NCBI GenBank assembly: GCA_963702475.1
Contig: CAVPCT010000003.1
Span: forward strand, 960,001-1,024,000
Source of the DNA: an uncultured Thermoleophilia bacterium
GTDB lineage: Bacteria; Actinomycetota; Thermoleophilia; UBA2241
DNA: 64,000 nucleotides
Reading direction: 5' to 3'
Below, in pieces: positions 30,770 to 39,564 of the stretch; position 1 is the stretch's first letter, and each line of letters begins with the position of its first letter. A program made the translations under genes and the position numbers. Below the pieces are notes generated by a model. That model ran no database searches. It was not told the DNA's origin and saw only the letters and a list, made by a program, of their open reading frames with translations.

Positions 30770-32995
30770 ATGCGCAGCTCTATCAAGACGTCCAGGAAGG
30801 TTGTCGTCGTCGCGTGTCTCGTGGGCCTGGCGGCGGTCGCTCTGGCCGGGATCACCCAGGCGAGGGCGGTGCAGGGAGCCGTCGATCCGGGCGACCCGGG
30901 CCGCGAAGGCAAAGGCCTCATCGTCGGCGACATCGTCTCGTTCGATCCGTCCTCGGTAGGGGCAGGGCACGCCGCCTTCACGCTGTGGATCCACCTGGAC
31001 TCGGCGATCTCGGCTGTTCCCTCGTGGACCGTCGGGTTCGGCTCCGCCTCGCTCTCCGCGGAGGCTTCGACGACCGCGGCGGTGCGGGTCACGGTCCCGG
31101 CGAGCGAGGTCGACACGGCCGGACCAGTCTCGGTGTTCGTGAGCGACGGCACTACGGCGTGGAACGGCGTGTTCACCGTCACATCCGGCGCACCGGTGGT
31201 GACGAGCATCGTCCCCGACGTCGTGGCGGCCTACGGCAATGCATTCACGTTGAGGGTGAACGGGTCCAACTTCGCGACGGGTTCCTCCCCGGCGTATGTC
31301 ACTCTGGACGGGGTGGCCCTGGTGCCGGCCTCTGGTGACCCGGTCAACCCAACTGCCGTGCTGTTCGCCACGGTGACGAAGACGATGATCTCCACCGTAG
31401 GGACTCACTCCATCCGTGTGGTCAACCCCGCTCCCGGAGGCGGTGTGGAGTCGAACGCGCGGACGCTCACAGTGAGTGGCCCCGTGTTCACCGCTGTGAC
31501 GCCGTCCACGGGCGCGAACACGAACTCAGCGCTGACCATCGAGCTCACAGGGACGGACCTCAATCTGGCGTCGTCCCCCATCGTTCGCCTGAAGGGCGCC
31601 GACACCGGCAATGCGGCTGCGACCATCACGGCCGCCAACGTGACCTACGTGCCTCCGCCGGCCGGGGGCACCACCGGGACCATCAGGGGTACGCTCAACC
31701 TGGCTAATCCGAGCGGGGGCACGCCGGCCACACCGGCCCCCGCCGGCAAATACGACGTCACACTCGTCTTCAACCAGGACGGGGAGAAGTCGCTCACGCG
31801 GGCCATGGCATTCGAGGTCACCGGGCCGTCCATCACCGCGGTGACGCCGGCGACGGCCTCCAACGGCTCCACCAACGTCCTCGTCACGCTCACGGGGACG
31901 GGCCTGTTCGGGTTGACCAGCCCCACCGTGACTCTCAAGGGCCCCGGGACCTCGGGGAGCACGATCGTCACCGGCACCGGCGTTTCTGCGACCGCCGACG
32001 GCACGACCATGACGTGCGCGTTCAACCTCGCGTCGCCGACTGTCACGCAGGCCGGAAAGTACGACGTCGTGATCACGTACGCGGGTAACAAGACGGTGAC
32101 CAAGGCGCAGACCTTCGATGTCACGAACGCGGTGCCGGTCGTCACGGCCATCAACCCCGCCACGACGTGGGCGGGTTCGGTGAAGCCGACCACTCTCGCG
32201 GTGACGGGATCCGGGTTCGTGCCGGTGCCGTCCCTGCTGGGTGCCGTGGGGTCCAAGGTACAGATCGGGGCGCGCCTGACGTCGGACACGACGTTCCTCT
32301 CGACGTCGCAGTTGACCGTCCCGTTGCTCACGGCGGACGTCCCTGTGGCCGGCACGGTACCCATCGCTGTGGTCAATCCGGCTCCTGGCGGTGGAACGTC
32401 CGCGACTGTCCCGCTCGTGGTGATGGCGGAGACCACCACGCCGATCACGACGATCTCCGGTGCGGACACCAGGTGGCACAGAAGTCCCGTCACCCTCACC
32501 GTCACTGCCACCGACGCGCAGTCGGGCGTGCAGACGACGCAGTGGGCTCTCAACGGAGGCGCTCCCCAGACCCTGGTCGGGTCGACCATCACCATCGGCA
32601 CCGTGGCCCAGGGTGCTCAGACCGTGACGGTGTGGTCCACCGACTGGTGCAACCGCGTGGAGCAGCCGGCCGTGTCCGCGGTCGTCAAGATCGACTCCAT
32701 CGGGCCGGTCACGTACGTCTCGGCTCCGTCGTCTGCGACCAGGGGCGCGAGGATCGCGTTCAAGTACCGTGCCGACGACGTCTCGCCGAAGTGCTCGATC
32801 GTGCTGAAGATCAAGAAGTCCGGCGGCTCGGTGGCACGTGCCTACGAGCTGGGAAAGAAGCCATCCAAGAAGACGTACACCTACGCCGTGAACCCGAACC
32901 TGGCCAAGGGCACCTACAAGGTGTACTGCTATGCCAAGGACGAGGCCGGCAACACCCAGAGCGAGCTGGACAGCCAGGCGTTCAAGATCAAGTAG
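30770..32995 (+). CDS. Secreted Thr/Ser-rich IPT/TIG-repeat surface protein with the conserved basic C-terminal domain
   Basis: Signal peptide, repeated P.xT.V.P / G.xF / VVNPAPGGG modules, GAGGAGG RBS. Confidence 0.8.
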   Translation: MRSSIKTSRKVVVVACLVGLAAVALAGITQARAVQGAVDPGDPGREGKGLIVGDIVSFDPSSVGAGHAAFTLWIHLDSAISAVPSWTVGFGSASLSAEASTTAAVRVTVPASEVDTAGPVSVFVSDGTTAWNGVFTVTSGAPVVTSIVPDVVAAYGNAFTLRVNGSNFATGSSPAYVTLDGVALVPASGDPVNPTAVLFATVTKTMISTVGTHSIRVVNPAPGGGVESNARTLTVSGPVFTAVTPSTGANTNSALTIELTGTDLNLASSPIVRLKGADTGNAAATITAANVTYVPPPAGGTTGTIRGTLNLANPSGGTPATPAPAGKYDVTLVFNQDGEKSLTRAMAFEVTGPSITAVTPATASNGSTNVLVTLTGTGLFGLTSPTVTLKGPGTSGSTIVTGTGVSATADGTTMTCAFNLASPTVTQAGKYDVVITYAGNKTVTKAQTFDVTNAVPVVTAINPATTWAGSVKPTTLAVTGSGFVPVPSLLGAVGSKVQIGARLTSDTTFLSTSQLTVPLLTADVPVAGTVPIAVVNPAPGGGTSATVPLVVMAETTTPITTISGADTRWHRSPVTLTVTATDAQSGVQTTQWALNGGAPQTLVGSTITIGTVAQGAQTVTVWSTDWCNRVEQPAVSAVVKIDSIGPVTYVSAPSSATRGARIAFKYRADDVSPKCSIVLKIKKSGGSVARAYELGKKPSKKTYTYAVNPNLAKGTYKVYCYAKDEAGNTQSELDSQAFKIK

Positions 32996-33019
32996 CTGGG
33001 TCCGACTGCCGATGAACCG

Positions 33020-33094
33020 GGTGTGGGGCGGGGCGCCCGTGAGGCTCCCCGCCCCACACGGGCGCGGAGCCCGTGAGGCGCCCCGCCCCGCGCA
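33020..33094 (+). terminator. Tandem GC-rich hairpins with GTGA loops
   Basis: GTGTGGGGCGGGG...CCCCGCCCCACAC followed by a second CCCGTGAGG-containing stem. Confidence 0.55.
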
Positions 33095-33181
33095 ACCGCG
33101 TCGAGCGGCCTCCCGAACTGCCGGGGGGGCGTCTGCGTCACGTAGTACAATCAAGTCGGTAGGCGGCCGTACGGGGGGCAC

Positions 33182-34456
33182 GTGAAGCTGGCAAGCAAGG
33201 TGATCGGTCCGCTGGTGACCGCTGGCGTCGCCCTGACCGCCGTCCTCGCGCTCGGCTTCATGCTCTCGGTGCCCCCCGCTCTCGCGGCCGAGGGCGTCTT
33301 CACCCCGGGCCTCGTCGCCGAGATGTCGGGACCGGCTCCAGAGGTCACCGGTCTCAGCCCGTCTGAGGCCATGTTGGGCGACCTCGACTTCACCATCACG
33401 GTCATCGGCTCCGGCTTCGTGCTTGGGTCCAGGGTGCTCTGGAACGGGCAGCCAAGGGACTCGGGCTTCGTCTCGTCGGCGATGCTCACGGCCACCGTGC
33501 GCGCAGCGGACGTCGCCTCACCGGGTGTGGCCTACGTCAGTGTCGCGAATCCGGTGTCGCAGGGCGGGCAGTCGCCCACGGCGCGCGTCTTCAGCGTCCT
33601 CAACCCGCTCCCGGCGGTCGAGATGCTGGAGCCGGCGGCGGCGTGGGCCGGCGGCGAAGGCTTCACCCTCGAGGTCCTGGGGTCCGGCTTCACTCCGACC
33701 TCCGTGATCCAGCTCGCCGGCGTCGACACGACCACCGATTATGTGTCCACGCAGGTCCTCGTCGCGCAGGTGTCAAGGGACGTCGTCGCCCACGCCGGTG
33801 GCCTCAGCGTGCGTGTGTTCACGCCCTCTCCAGGGGGCGGTCTGAGCCCGCCCTTGTTCCTCCGGGTCGCGGACGACGACCGGCCGCCGGTCACCGCCGT
33901 CACCGGCTTTCTGGGTCTGTGGAACAGGACGGCGGTCACGCTTTCACTCGTGGCCACCGACGTGGGCCTTGGGGTGGAGAAGACGTTCTACCGCCTCGGT
34001 AGGACCGGGCGTTACAGGACTGGGACGACCGTGAAGATCCCTGCCCCCGCAGACCATTCCAACGACGGCCTGTACGTGGTCCAGTTCTTCTCCATCGACC
34101 GCGTGCTCAACTGGGAGCAGCCGCCCAAGGAGCTCCAGGTCGGCATCGACACCACGCCGCCCGTCACTTCGGTCCTCTCGTCGACGGTGCGGTCGGGCCA
34201 GTCGCTGGCGCCGAAGTACTACATCTACGACAAGCTGAGCGTGCGGGCCAAGGACGCTACGCTCCAGTTCGTGGACGCCAAGGGCAAGGTGGTACTGCGT
34301 GCCGCGCTGGGCAAGCCCTCTACGCGCGCCTGGCACGTGGGTTCGGGCGTCACGGTCGACCTGCCCAAGGGCAGCTACAAGATGCGCGTGCTGGCCCACG
34401 ACCTTGCCGGCAACGCCCAGTCCAGCACCAAATCGGGCGCGCTCACCGTCAAGTAG
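33182..34456 (+). CDS. Secreted IPT/TIG-repeat surface protein with the conserved basic C-terminal domain
   Basis: Signal peptide ending ALA, two IPT-like modules, TACAAT -10 box at 33146-33151. Confidence 0.8.
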   Translation: MKLASKVIGPLVTAGVALTAVLALGFMLSVPPALAAEGVFTPGLVAEMSGPAPEVTGLSPSEAMLGDLDFTITVIGSGFVLGSRVLWNGQPRDSGFVSSAMLTATVRAADVASPGVAYVSVANPVSQGGQSPTARVFSVLNPLPAVEMLEPAAAWAGGEGFTLEVLGSGFTPTSVIQLAGVDTTTDYVSTQVLVAQVSRDVVAHAGGLSVRVFTPSPGGGLSPPLFLRVADDDRPPVTAVTGFLGLWNRTAVTLSLVATDVGLGVEKTFYRLGRTGRYRTGTTVKIPAPADHSNDGLYVVQFFSIDRVLNWEQPPKELQVGIDTTPPVTSVLSSTVRSGQSLAPKYYIYDKLSVRAKDATLQFVDAKGKVVLRAALGKPSTRAWHVGSGVTVDLPKGSYKMRVLAHDLAGNAQSSTKSGALTVK

Positions 34457-34543
34457 GCGGCGGGAGGCATCACGGAGCCGATGCGGCGGCTGGGCGACTA
34501 CGTCCGCAACCGCCGTCGCTGACGGCGGGTTGGCCCCACTGCC

Positions 34544-35722
34544 TCACCGCGCGGCGCGAGCAGCCCGAGCAGTGGCGTGGTACACCGAGGCGACGCCGTC
34601 CGCCATGCGCTCTAGCGTGAACTCGCGCTCGACGCGGGCGCGCCCGGCCCGGCCCATGGCTCGGCCGGCCGCCGGGTCGGCGAGCACCCGGATGAGGGCC
34701 GCAGAGAGCGCCACGGGGTCGGCGGGGGGCACCAGCAGACCGGTCTCACCGTCGACAACGGCCTCCGGCACCCCGTCGACGGCGGTGGAGACCACAGGCA
34801 GCCCGTGCTCCATGGCCTCGAGCACCACGTAGGGCAGGCCCTCCCATCGCGAGCTGAGGGCGAACACGTCGGCGTCGGTGTAGGCGTCGTCCAGCGGGAT
34901 CCGGGGCGCGACGAAGCGGACGCTGGAGTCCAGACCCGCGGCCCGGGCATGCTCGCGCAGCCGTGCCTCGAGCGAGCCGGAACCGATGAGAGCAAGCACG
35001 GCATCCGGTCTGGCCGCGGCTACGAGCTGCCAGGCCTCGAGGAGCGTGGCCTGGTCTTTCTGCTCGTGGAAGCGACCCACGGAGAGCACCAGGGGGGTGT
35101 CGCCTGGCAGCGCGAGCTCGGCGCGGAAGCGCCCCTTGCGGACCGCCGCCTCGCCGGCGGCGATGCCGTTGTGGACGATGACCGTCCGCGACGCCGCCAG
35201 GATGCCGAGCCGCGCGCCCCGAAGGGCGTCCGCGCGGCACACCGTGACGAACCGGGCCGTCCGGGGCCTCAGCGTGCGCTCCACGGCGAGCAGGGCCGTC
35301 CTGCGCGCTGCCGTGCCCGCACGGTCGACGTGGACGCCGTGCACGTGGTACACCACGCGACGGCGCGCCTGCGCGTCCGCGAGGCGGGCGAACGCGGCGG
35401 CGCGAGAGCCGTGCGCGTGCACGACGTCCCACGGGGCCGCGCCGAGGGCCGCGCGCAGCGCGCGCACCTGCGCGGCCGAGACGCCGGCGGCGATGGGCGC
35501 CTCGAAGACCGGCACCCCCAGCGCCCGGGCGCGCTCGCCGAGGTCCCCGCCGGCGGGGCAGGCCAGCGCGAGCTCGAAGCCGCGCTCCGGCAGCGCGTCG
35601 AGGAGGTCGGCGACGTGCTTCTCACCGCCGCCGGTCGTTCCGGCAGCGGCGGCGAGAAGCAGCACGCGGAGGGGCCACTCGGTGCCGCTCGCTGCCCTGG
35701 GCCGAGGGGCCGAGTGGTTCAC
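34544..35722 (-). CDS. Glycosyltransferase family 4
   Basis: GGGEKHV, HAHGSR, VGRFHEQK, EGLPYVVLEAM. GTGA overlap with the GT2 gene. Confidence 0.9.
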   Translation of the reverse strand: MNHSAPRPRAASGTEWPLRVLLLAAAAGTTGGGEKHVADLLDALPERGFELALACPAGGDLGERARALGVPVFEAPIAAGVSAAQVRALRAALGAAPWDVVHAHGSRAAAFARLADAQARRRVVYHVHGVHVDRAGTAARRTALLAVERTLRPRTARFVTVCRADALRGARLGILAASRTVIVHNGIAAGEAAVRKGRFRAELALPGDTPLVLSVGRFHEQKDQATLLEAWQLVAAARPDAVLALIGSGSLEARLREHARAAGLDSSVRFVAPRIPLDDAYTDADVFALSSRWEGLPYVVLEAMEHGLPVVSTAVDGVPEAVVDGETGLLVPPADPVALSAALIRVLADPAAGRAMGRAGRARVEREFTLERMADGVASVYHATARAARAAR

Positions 35723-36564
35723 CTCGGCCAGACCTTGGCGACGAGCACGCCGAGCGGCCATGCCACCGGCACCATGGCGAGGTACGCCGCAGCGTACGCC
35801 CGGCCACGTTGGCGGCGCAGCAGCTGTGCCATGCTCACCACGCCGGCCACCCGCATGCGCGTGCGCGTCCGCCGGGAGGTGGCCGCGCCGCGGTGCCGGA
35901 CCTCGGCGTCGCTCACGTAGCGCACGCGCCATCCACCCGCGCGCAGGCGGTGGCACAGCTCGATGTCCTCCCCGTACATGAAGAAGTCATCGCGGAACAG
36001 GCGGCCGTCCAGCGCGGAGCGCCGAAGCAGGACGCACGCTCCCGACAGGACGTCGACGTCCCGCGAGGAGCGGTGGTCCCAGTCGTTGATGAGGTACCTG
36101 CCCAGCGGGCTCCGCGGCAGCTGCACGTTGAGGTGGCTGATGTTGCCGAACTCGCCGAGGATGCTGGGGTCGCGACGCCCGCCCTCGTACTGCACGCGAC
36201 CGTCCCAGCCGACGAGCACGGGACCCGCCGCCCCGACCTGAGGATCACGCTCCAGCTCCGCCACGAGAGCCCCCAGCGCACCGGGGGAGAGCTCGGCGTC
36301 CGAGTTGAGCAGCAGCACGGCGTCCGCTTCGGTCAGGGGGAAGGCGGCGTTGTTGGCGCGGGCGAACCCCACGTTCCTGCCCATGCGCAACAGACCGGCC
36401 CAGGGGAGCTCCGCTGCGACCATCTCAGGGCTGCCGTCCGAGGAGGCGTTGTCCACGACGACGGTCAGCCGCACGGGGTACGCGGAGGCCTGAAGCGAGC
36501 GCAGGCACGCGCGGAGCAGATCCCTGGTGTCCAGGTTCACCACGATGGCGTCGACCGTCAGCAC
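35719..36564 (-). CDS. Glycosyltransferase family 2 (WbbL/rhamnosyltransferase-like)
   Basis: VVDNASSDGS, NVGFARANN, LLNSD, FFMYGEDIELC. Confidence 0.88.
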   Translation of the reverse strand: MLTVDAIVVNLDTRDLLRACLRSLQASAYPVRLTVVVDNASSDGSPEMVAAELPWAGLLRMGRNVGFARANNAAFPLTEADAVLLLNSDAELSPGALGALVAELERDPQVGAAGPVLVGWDGRVQYEGGRRDPSILGEFGNISHLNVQLPRSPLGRYLINDWDHRSSRDVDVLSGACVLLRRSALDGRLFRDDFFMYGEDIELCHRLRAGGWRVRYVSDAEVRHRGAATSRRTRTRMRVAGVVSMAQLLRRQRGRAYAAAYLAMVPVAWPLGVLVAKVWPR

Positions 36565-36737
36565 AGCCCTCCTTCGGAGCAGTCGCCGGACGCGCCCAAT
36601 CCTCTCACGTTCCGGAGACGGGGGTGGGCGGACGGCAGCGCCGCGAGAACGGCGGTCGGTGCGGGACGCTGGCACGGGGTGTCCTCCACCGCCCAAGCCC
36701 CGGGGCGGCGGCGCCCGCTCTCGCGTAGAATCGCGGC

Positions 36738-38032
36738 ATGGCGAACAGGGGCCAGCGGGGTGCGCACAGCGGCGGGACGGCGCCGAGGCGGCCGGCGGCG
36801 TCCGGTGCGGACGCCTCGCGCCGGCCTCGCGTCACCATGGTCAACAAGTACTACTGCCCGCCGCACATCGGTGGCGTTGAGGCCGTGGTGCGTTGGCTGG
36901 CCGAGGGGCTCGTCGAGCACGCCGGGGCTCACGTGAGGGCTCTCGTGTGCAACGAGGGCCCGCAGCGCGTGGAGGAGGACGTCGACGGCGTCCACGTCGT
37001 GCGGCTGCCTCGCAGACTCGCCGTGTCGTCGGCGCCGGTGGCGCCGGCCCTGCCCGGCGCGCTGCGCTCCGAGGCGAAGGGTCCCGCGGCGCCCGACGTG
37101 CTCAACTTCCACGCTCCGTACCCCTGGGGCGAGCTCTCCTTCTTGCTGGCGCGCCCCGTCGTCCCCAGTGTGGTGCTGTATCACAGCGACATCGTGCGCC
37201 AGCAGCGGCTGCTGGCGGCGTACCGTCCCTTTCTCGAGCGGTTTCTGGATAGAGTCGACCTCATCGTGACTTCGTCGCGCGACATGGTGCAGAGCTCGCC
37301 GTTCCTGGCGTCGCGCGCGGCGAGGTGCCGTGTGGTGCCCTTCGGCCTGCCCGAGCGCAAGCTGCGGGCGGCGCCCGCCGTCCTGGAAAGCGCAGCGGAG
37401 TTGCGCGCCGCCCACGGCGGGCGCCGCCTCGTGCTCTTCGTCGGGCGGCTCGTCTACTACAAGGGCGCCGCCGTGCTCGTGCGCGCCATGAGCGGCCTGG
37501 ACGCGGAGCTCGTCCTGGTCGGCAGGGGACCGCTGGAAGAAGAGCTGCGCCGGGAGGCTGCGACGGCTGGCACCCGCGCTACGTTCTTGCCGCCGCTGGA
37601 CGATGACGAGCTGGCGGCCTGGTACCACGCGGCGGACGTGTTGTGCCTGCCCAGCGTGGCCCGCAGCGAGGCTTTCGGCCTGGTACAGATCGAGGCCCAC
37701 GCTGCCGGCACGCCGGTCGTCTCCACGGCGCTGCCCACCGGCGTCCGCTTCGCCAACCTGGACGGCGTCACAGGGCTCGTCGTGCCGCCGGGCGAGACCG
37801 CGGCGCTTCGCGCCGCGCTGGCCCGTCTGCTGGGCGACGAGGAGTTGCGCCTGCGGCTCGGAGGCCAGGCTCGCGAGCGTGCCCTGCGGGAGTTCACCGT
37901 GCCGCGCATGGTGGCCGGCACGGTGGAGGTGTACAAGGAGGCGGCCGCCGTCCACGCTGAGCGACTCACGGCCGTCCGCGAGCGCTCATGGCGCGCTGCC
38001 TCCGGGGCCGAGAGGGGGGAGAGACGAGCTGA
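36738..38032 (+). CDS. Glycosyltransferase family 4. Stop apparently lost by an indel near the G-run at ~38013-38019
   Basis: NKYY.P.IGGVE, YHSDIVRQ, VGRLVYYKG, EAFGLVQIEA. An out-of-frame TGATG junction with the next gene lies at 38030-38034. TAGAAT 6 nt before the ATG. Confidence 0.82.
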
Positions 38033-39552
38033 TGTCCCGCCGCGGCTTCATCGCGCTGTCCATCGTCGTCGATGCGCTCCTGGTCAACGCCGGCTTCGTG
38101 CTGGCCTTCCTGCTGCGTTTCGAGGGCACCCTCCCGGACTTCAACTTCCGTGCCTACGTACTGCTGGCCCCACTGCTCACACTCCTCTATCTCGCCGGCG
38201 CCTGGTCCTATGGCCTGTACGACCCCGAGCGCGCCGACACCGTCTGGGCGGTGATCCGCGGTGCGGTGGCGGCGGTCACGATGGGTACCCTGCTCACCGC
38301 CGCCGTCGCCTTCTTCGGCGGCGCCAGGACCGCCTCGTTCGCGCGATCGACGATCCTCATCGCCTGGGTGTTCGATCTGGCGCTGCTCATCGGCTGGCGC
38401 CTGGTCTTCCTGCGTCTCGCCCGCATCAGCTGGCCCGAGCAGCGCGTGCTCATCGTGGGCACGGGGCAGGCCGCCGTGGACCTGGCGCGCGAGGTGGCGG
38501 CCCGGGGGCGCTGGGGCTGGAAGGTCACCGGGCTCATCGAAGCCGACGCGGAGCCGGCGGGCAGGCCGGTCGCGACAGAGTCGCCGGGAGTGCCACCATC
38601 GCCCGCCGGAACCCCGTGCGGCAGTGACGTCGCGCCCTTCTTGGGCGCCGTCTCCGCCCCGGCCGCCGTCACCCCCGCCGGGAAGCCACTCGCCGCGACG
38701 GGGGACGCGGCCCTGCCGGCCGTCGTGGCCGGCTTCCCCGTGCTCGGCGCCGCGGACGACGTGGCGCGCATCGCCGCCGAGCAGCGCGCCAACCGCGTCA
38801 TCGTCGTGAGCCCCATCGCCCTGCGTGAGCTGGTGGAGTCCCTGGTCCTCGCCAACGAGGCCGCCGTGCGGGTGGACGTGGTGCCGGAGCTGTATGAGAT
38901 CTTCATCGGCACGGTGGACGCCATCGTGGGCGACGTGCCGCTGATGGAGATCACGCACGCCACGGTGCCCACGTACTACGCCGCCGCCAAGCGCCTGCTC
39001 GACGTCGCCGCGGCCGCCGTCCTGCTGGTCGTGCTCAGCCCGGTGCTCCTGGCCGCGGCCGTCGCCGTGGCCGCGGCCGACGGGTCCCCGGTGTTCTTCT
39101 CGCAGGAACGCGTCGGCCGCAACATGCGCCTGTTCCGCATCCACAAGCTGCGCACCATGATCAAGGACGCCGAGAAGGCGTGCGGTCCCGTGCTGGCGGA
39201 GCCCGGCGACGAACGCATCACGCGCGTGGGTCGCTTTCTCCGCAGGTACCGCCTCGACGAGATCCCCCAGTTGGTCAACATCCTCAGGGGGGAGATGAGC
39301 CTCGTGGGTCCGCGCCCCGAGCGTCCCTTCTTCGTGGAGCAGTTGATCGCACAGACGCCGGGGTACCGCGAGCGCTTCTCGATCCGGCCTGGGATGACCG
39401 GGCTCGCGCAGGTGAGTGGAGGGTACGCCACCACTCCCGAGCGCAAGCTCAAGTACGACCTCATCTACATGTATCATCAAACGCTGGCGATGGACGCGCA
39501 GATCCTGGCCGAGACCCTGCGAGTGGTGCTCACCGGGCGCGGAGCCCGGTGA
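38032..39552 (+). CDS. Priming polyprenyl-phosphate sugar-1-phosphate transferase (WcaJ/WbaP-like)
   Basis: Four N-terminal TMs, KRLLD, KLRTM, RLDEIPQLVNILRGEMSLVGPRPE, PGMTGLAQV. Confidence 0.92.
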   Translation: MSRRGFIALSIVVDALLVNAGFVLAFLLRFEGTLPDFNFRAYVLLAPLLTLLYLAGAWSYGLYDPERADTVWAVIRGAVAAVTMGTLLTAAVAFFGGARTASFARSTILIAWVFDLALLIGWRLVFLRLARISWPEQRVLIVGTGQAAVDLAREVAARGRWGWKVTGLIEADAEPAGRPVATESPGVPPSPAGTPCGSDVAPFLGAVSAPAAVTPAGKPLAATGDAALPAVVAGFPVLGAADDVARIAAEQRANRVIVVSPIALRELVESLVLANEAAVRVDVVPELYEIFIGTVDAIVGDVPLMEITHATVPTYYAAAKRLLDVAAAAVLLVVLSPVLLAAAVAVAAADGSPVFFSQERVGRNMRLFRIHKLRTMIKDAEKACGPVLAEPGDERITRVGRFLRRYRLDEIPQLVNILRGEMSLVGPRPERPFFVEQLIAQTPGYRERFSIRPGMTGLAQVSGGYATTPERKLKYDLIYMYHQTLAMDAQILAETLRVVLTGRGAR

Positions 39553-39564
39553 CGAGAGGACGGC

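Noticed and set aside
33020-33094. CRISPR or REP-like array
   Set aside because: Only two imperfect GC hairpins with no spacers. Better explained as a terminator.
38545-38730. Extra domain within the priming glycosyltransferase
   Set aside because: Low-complexity Pro/Ala linker insertion without motifs.
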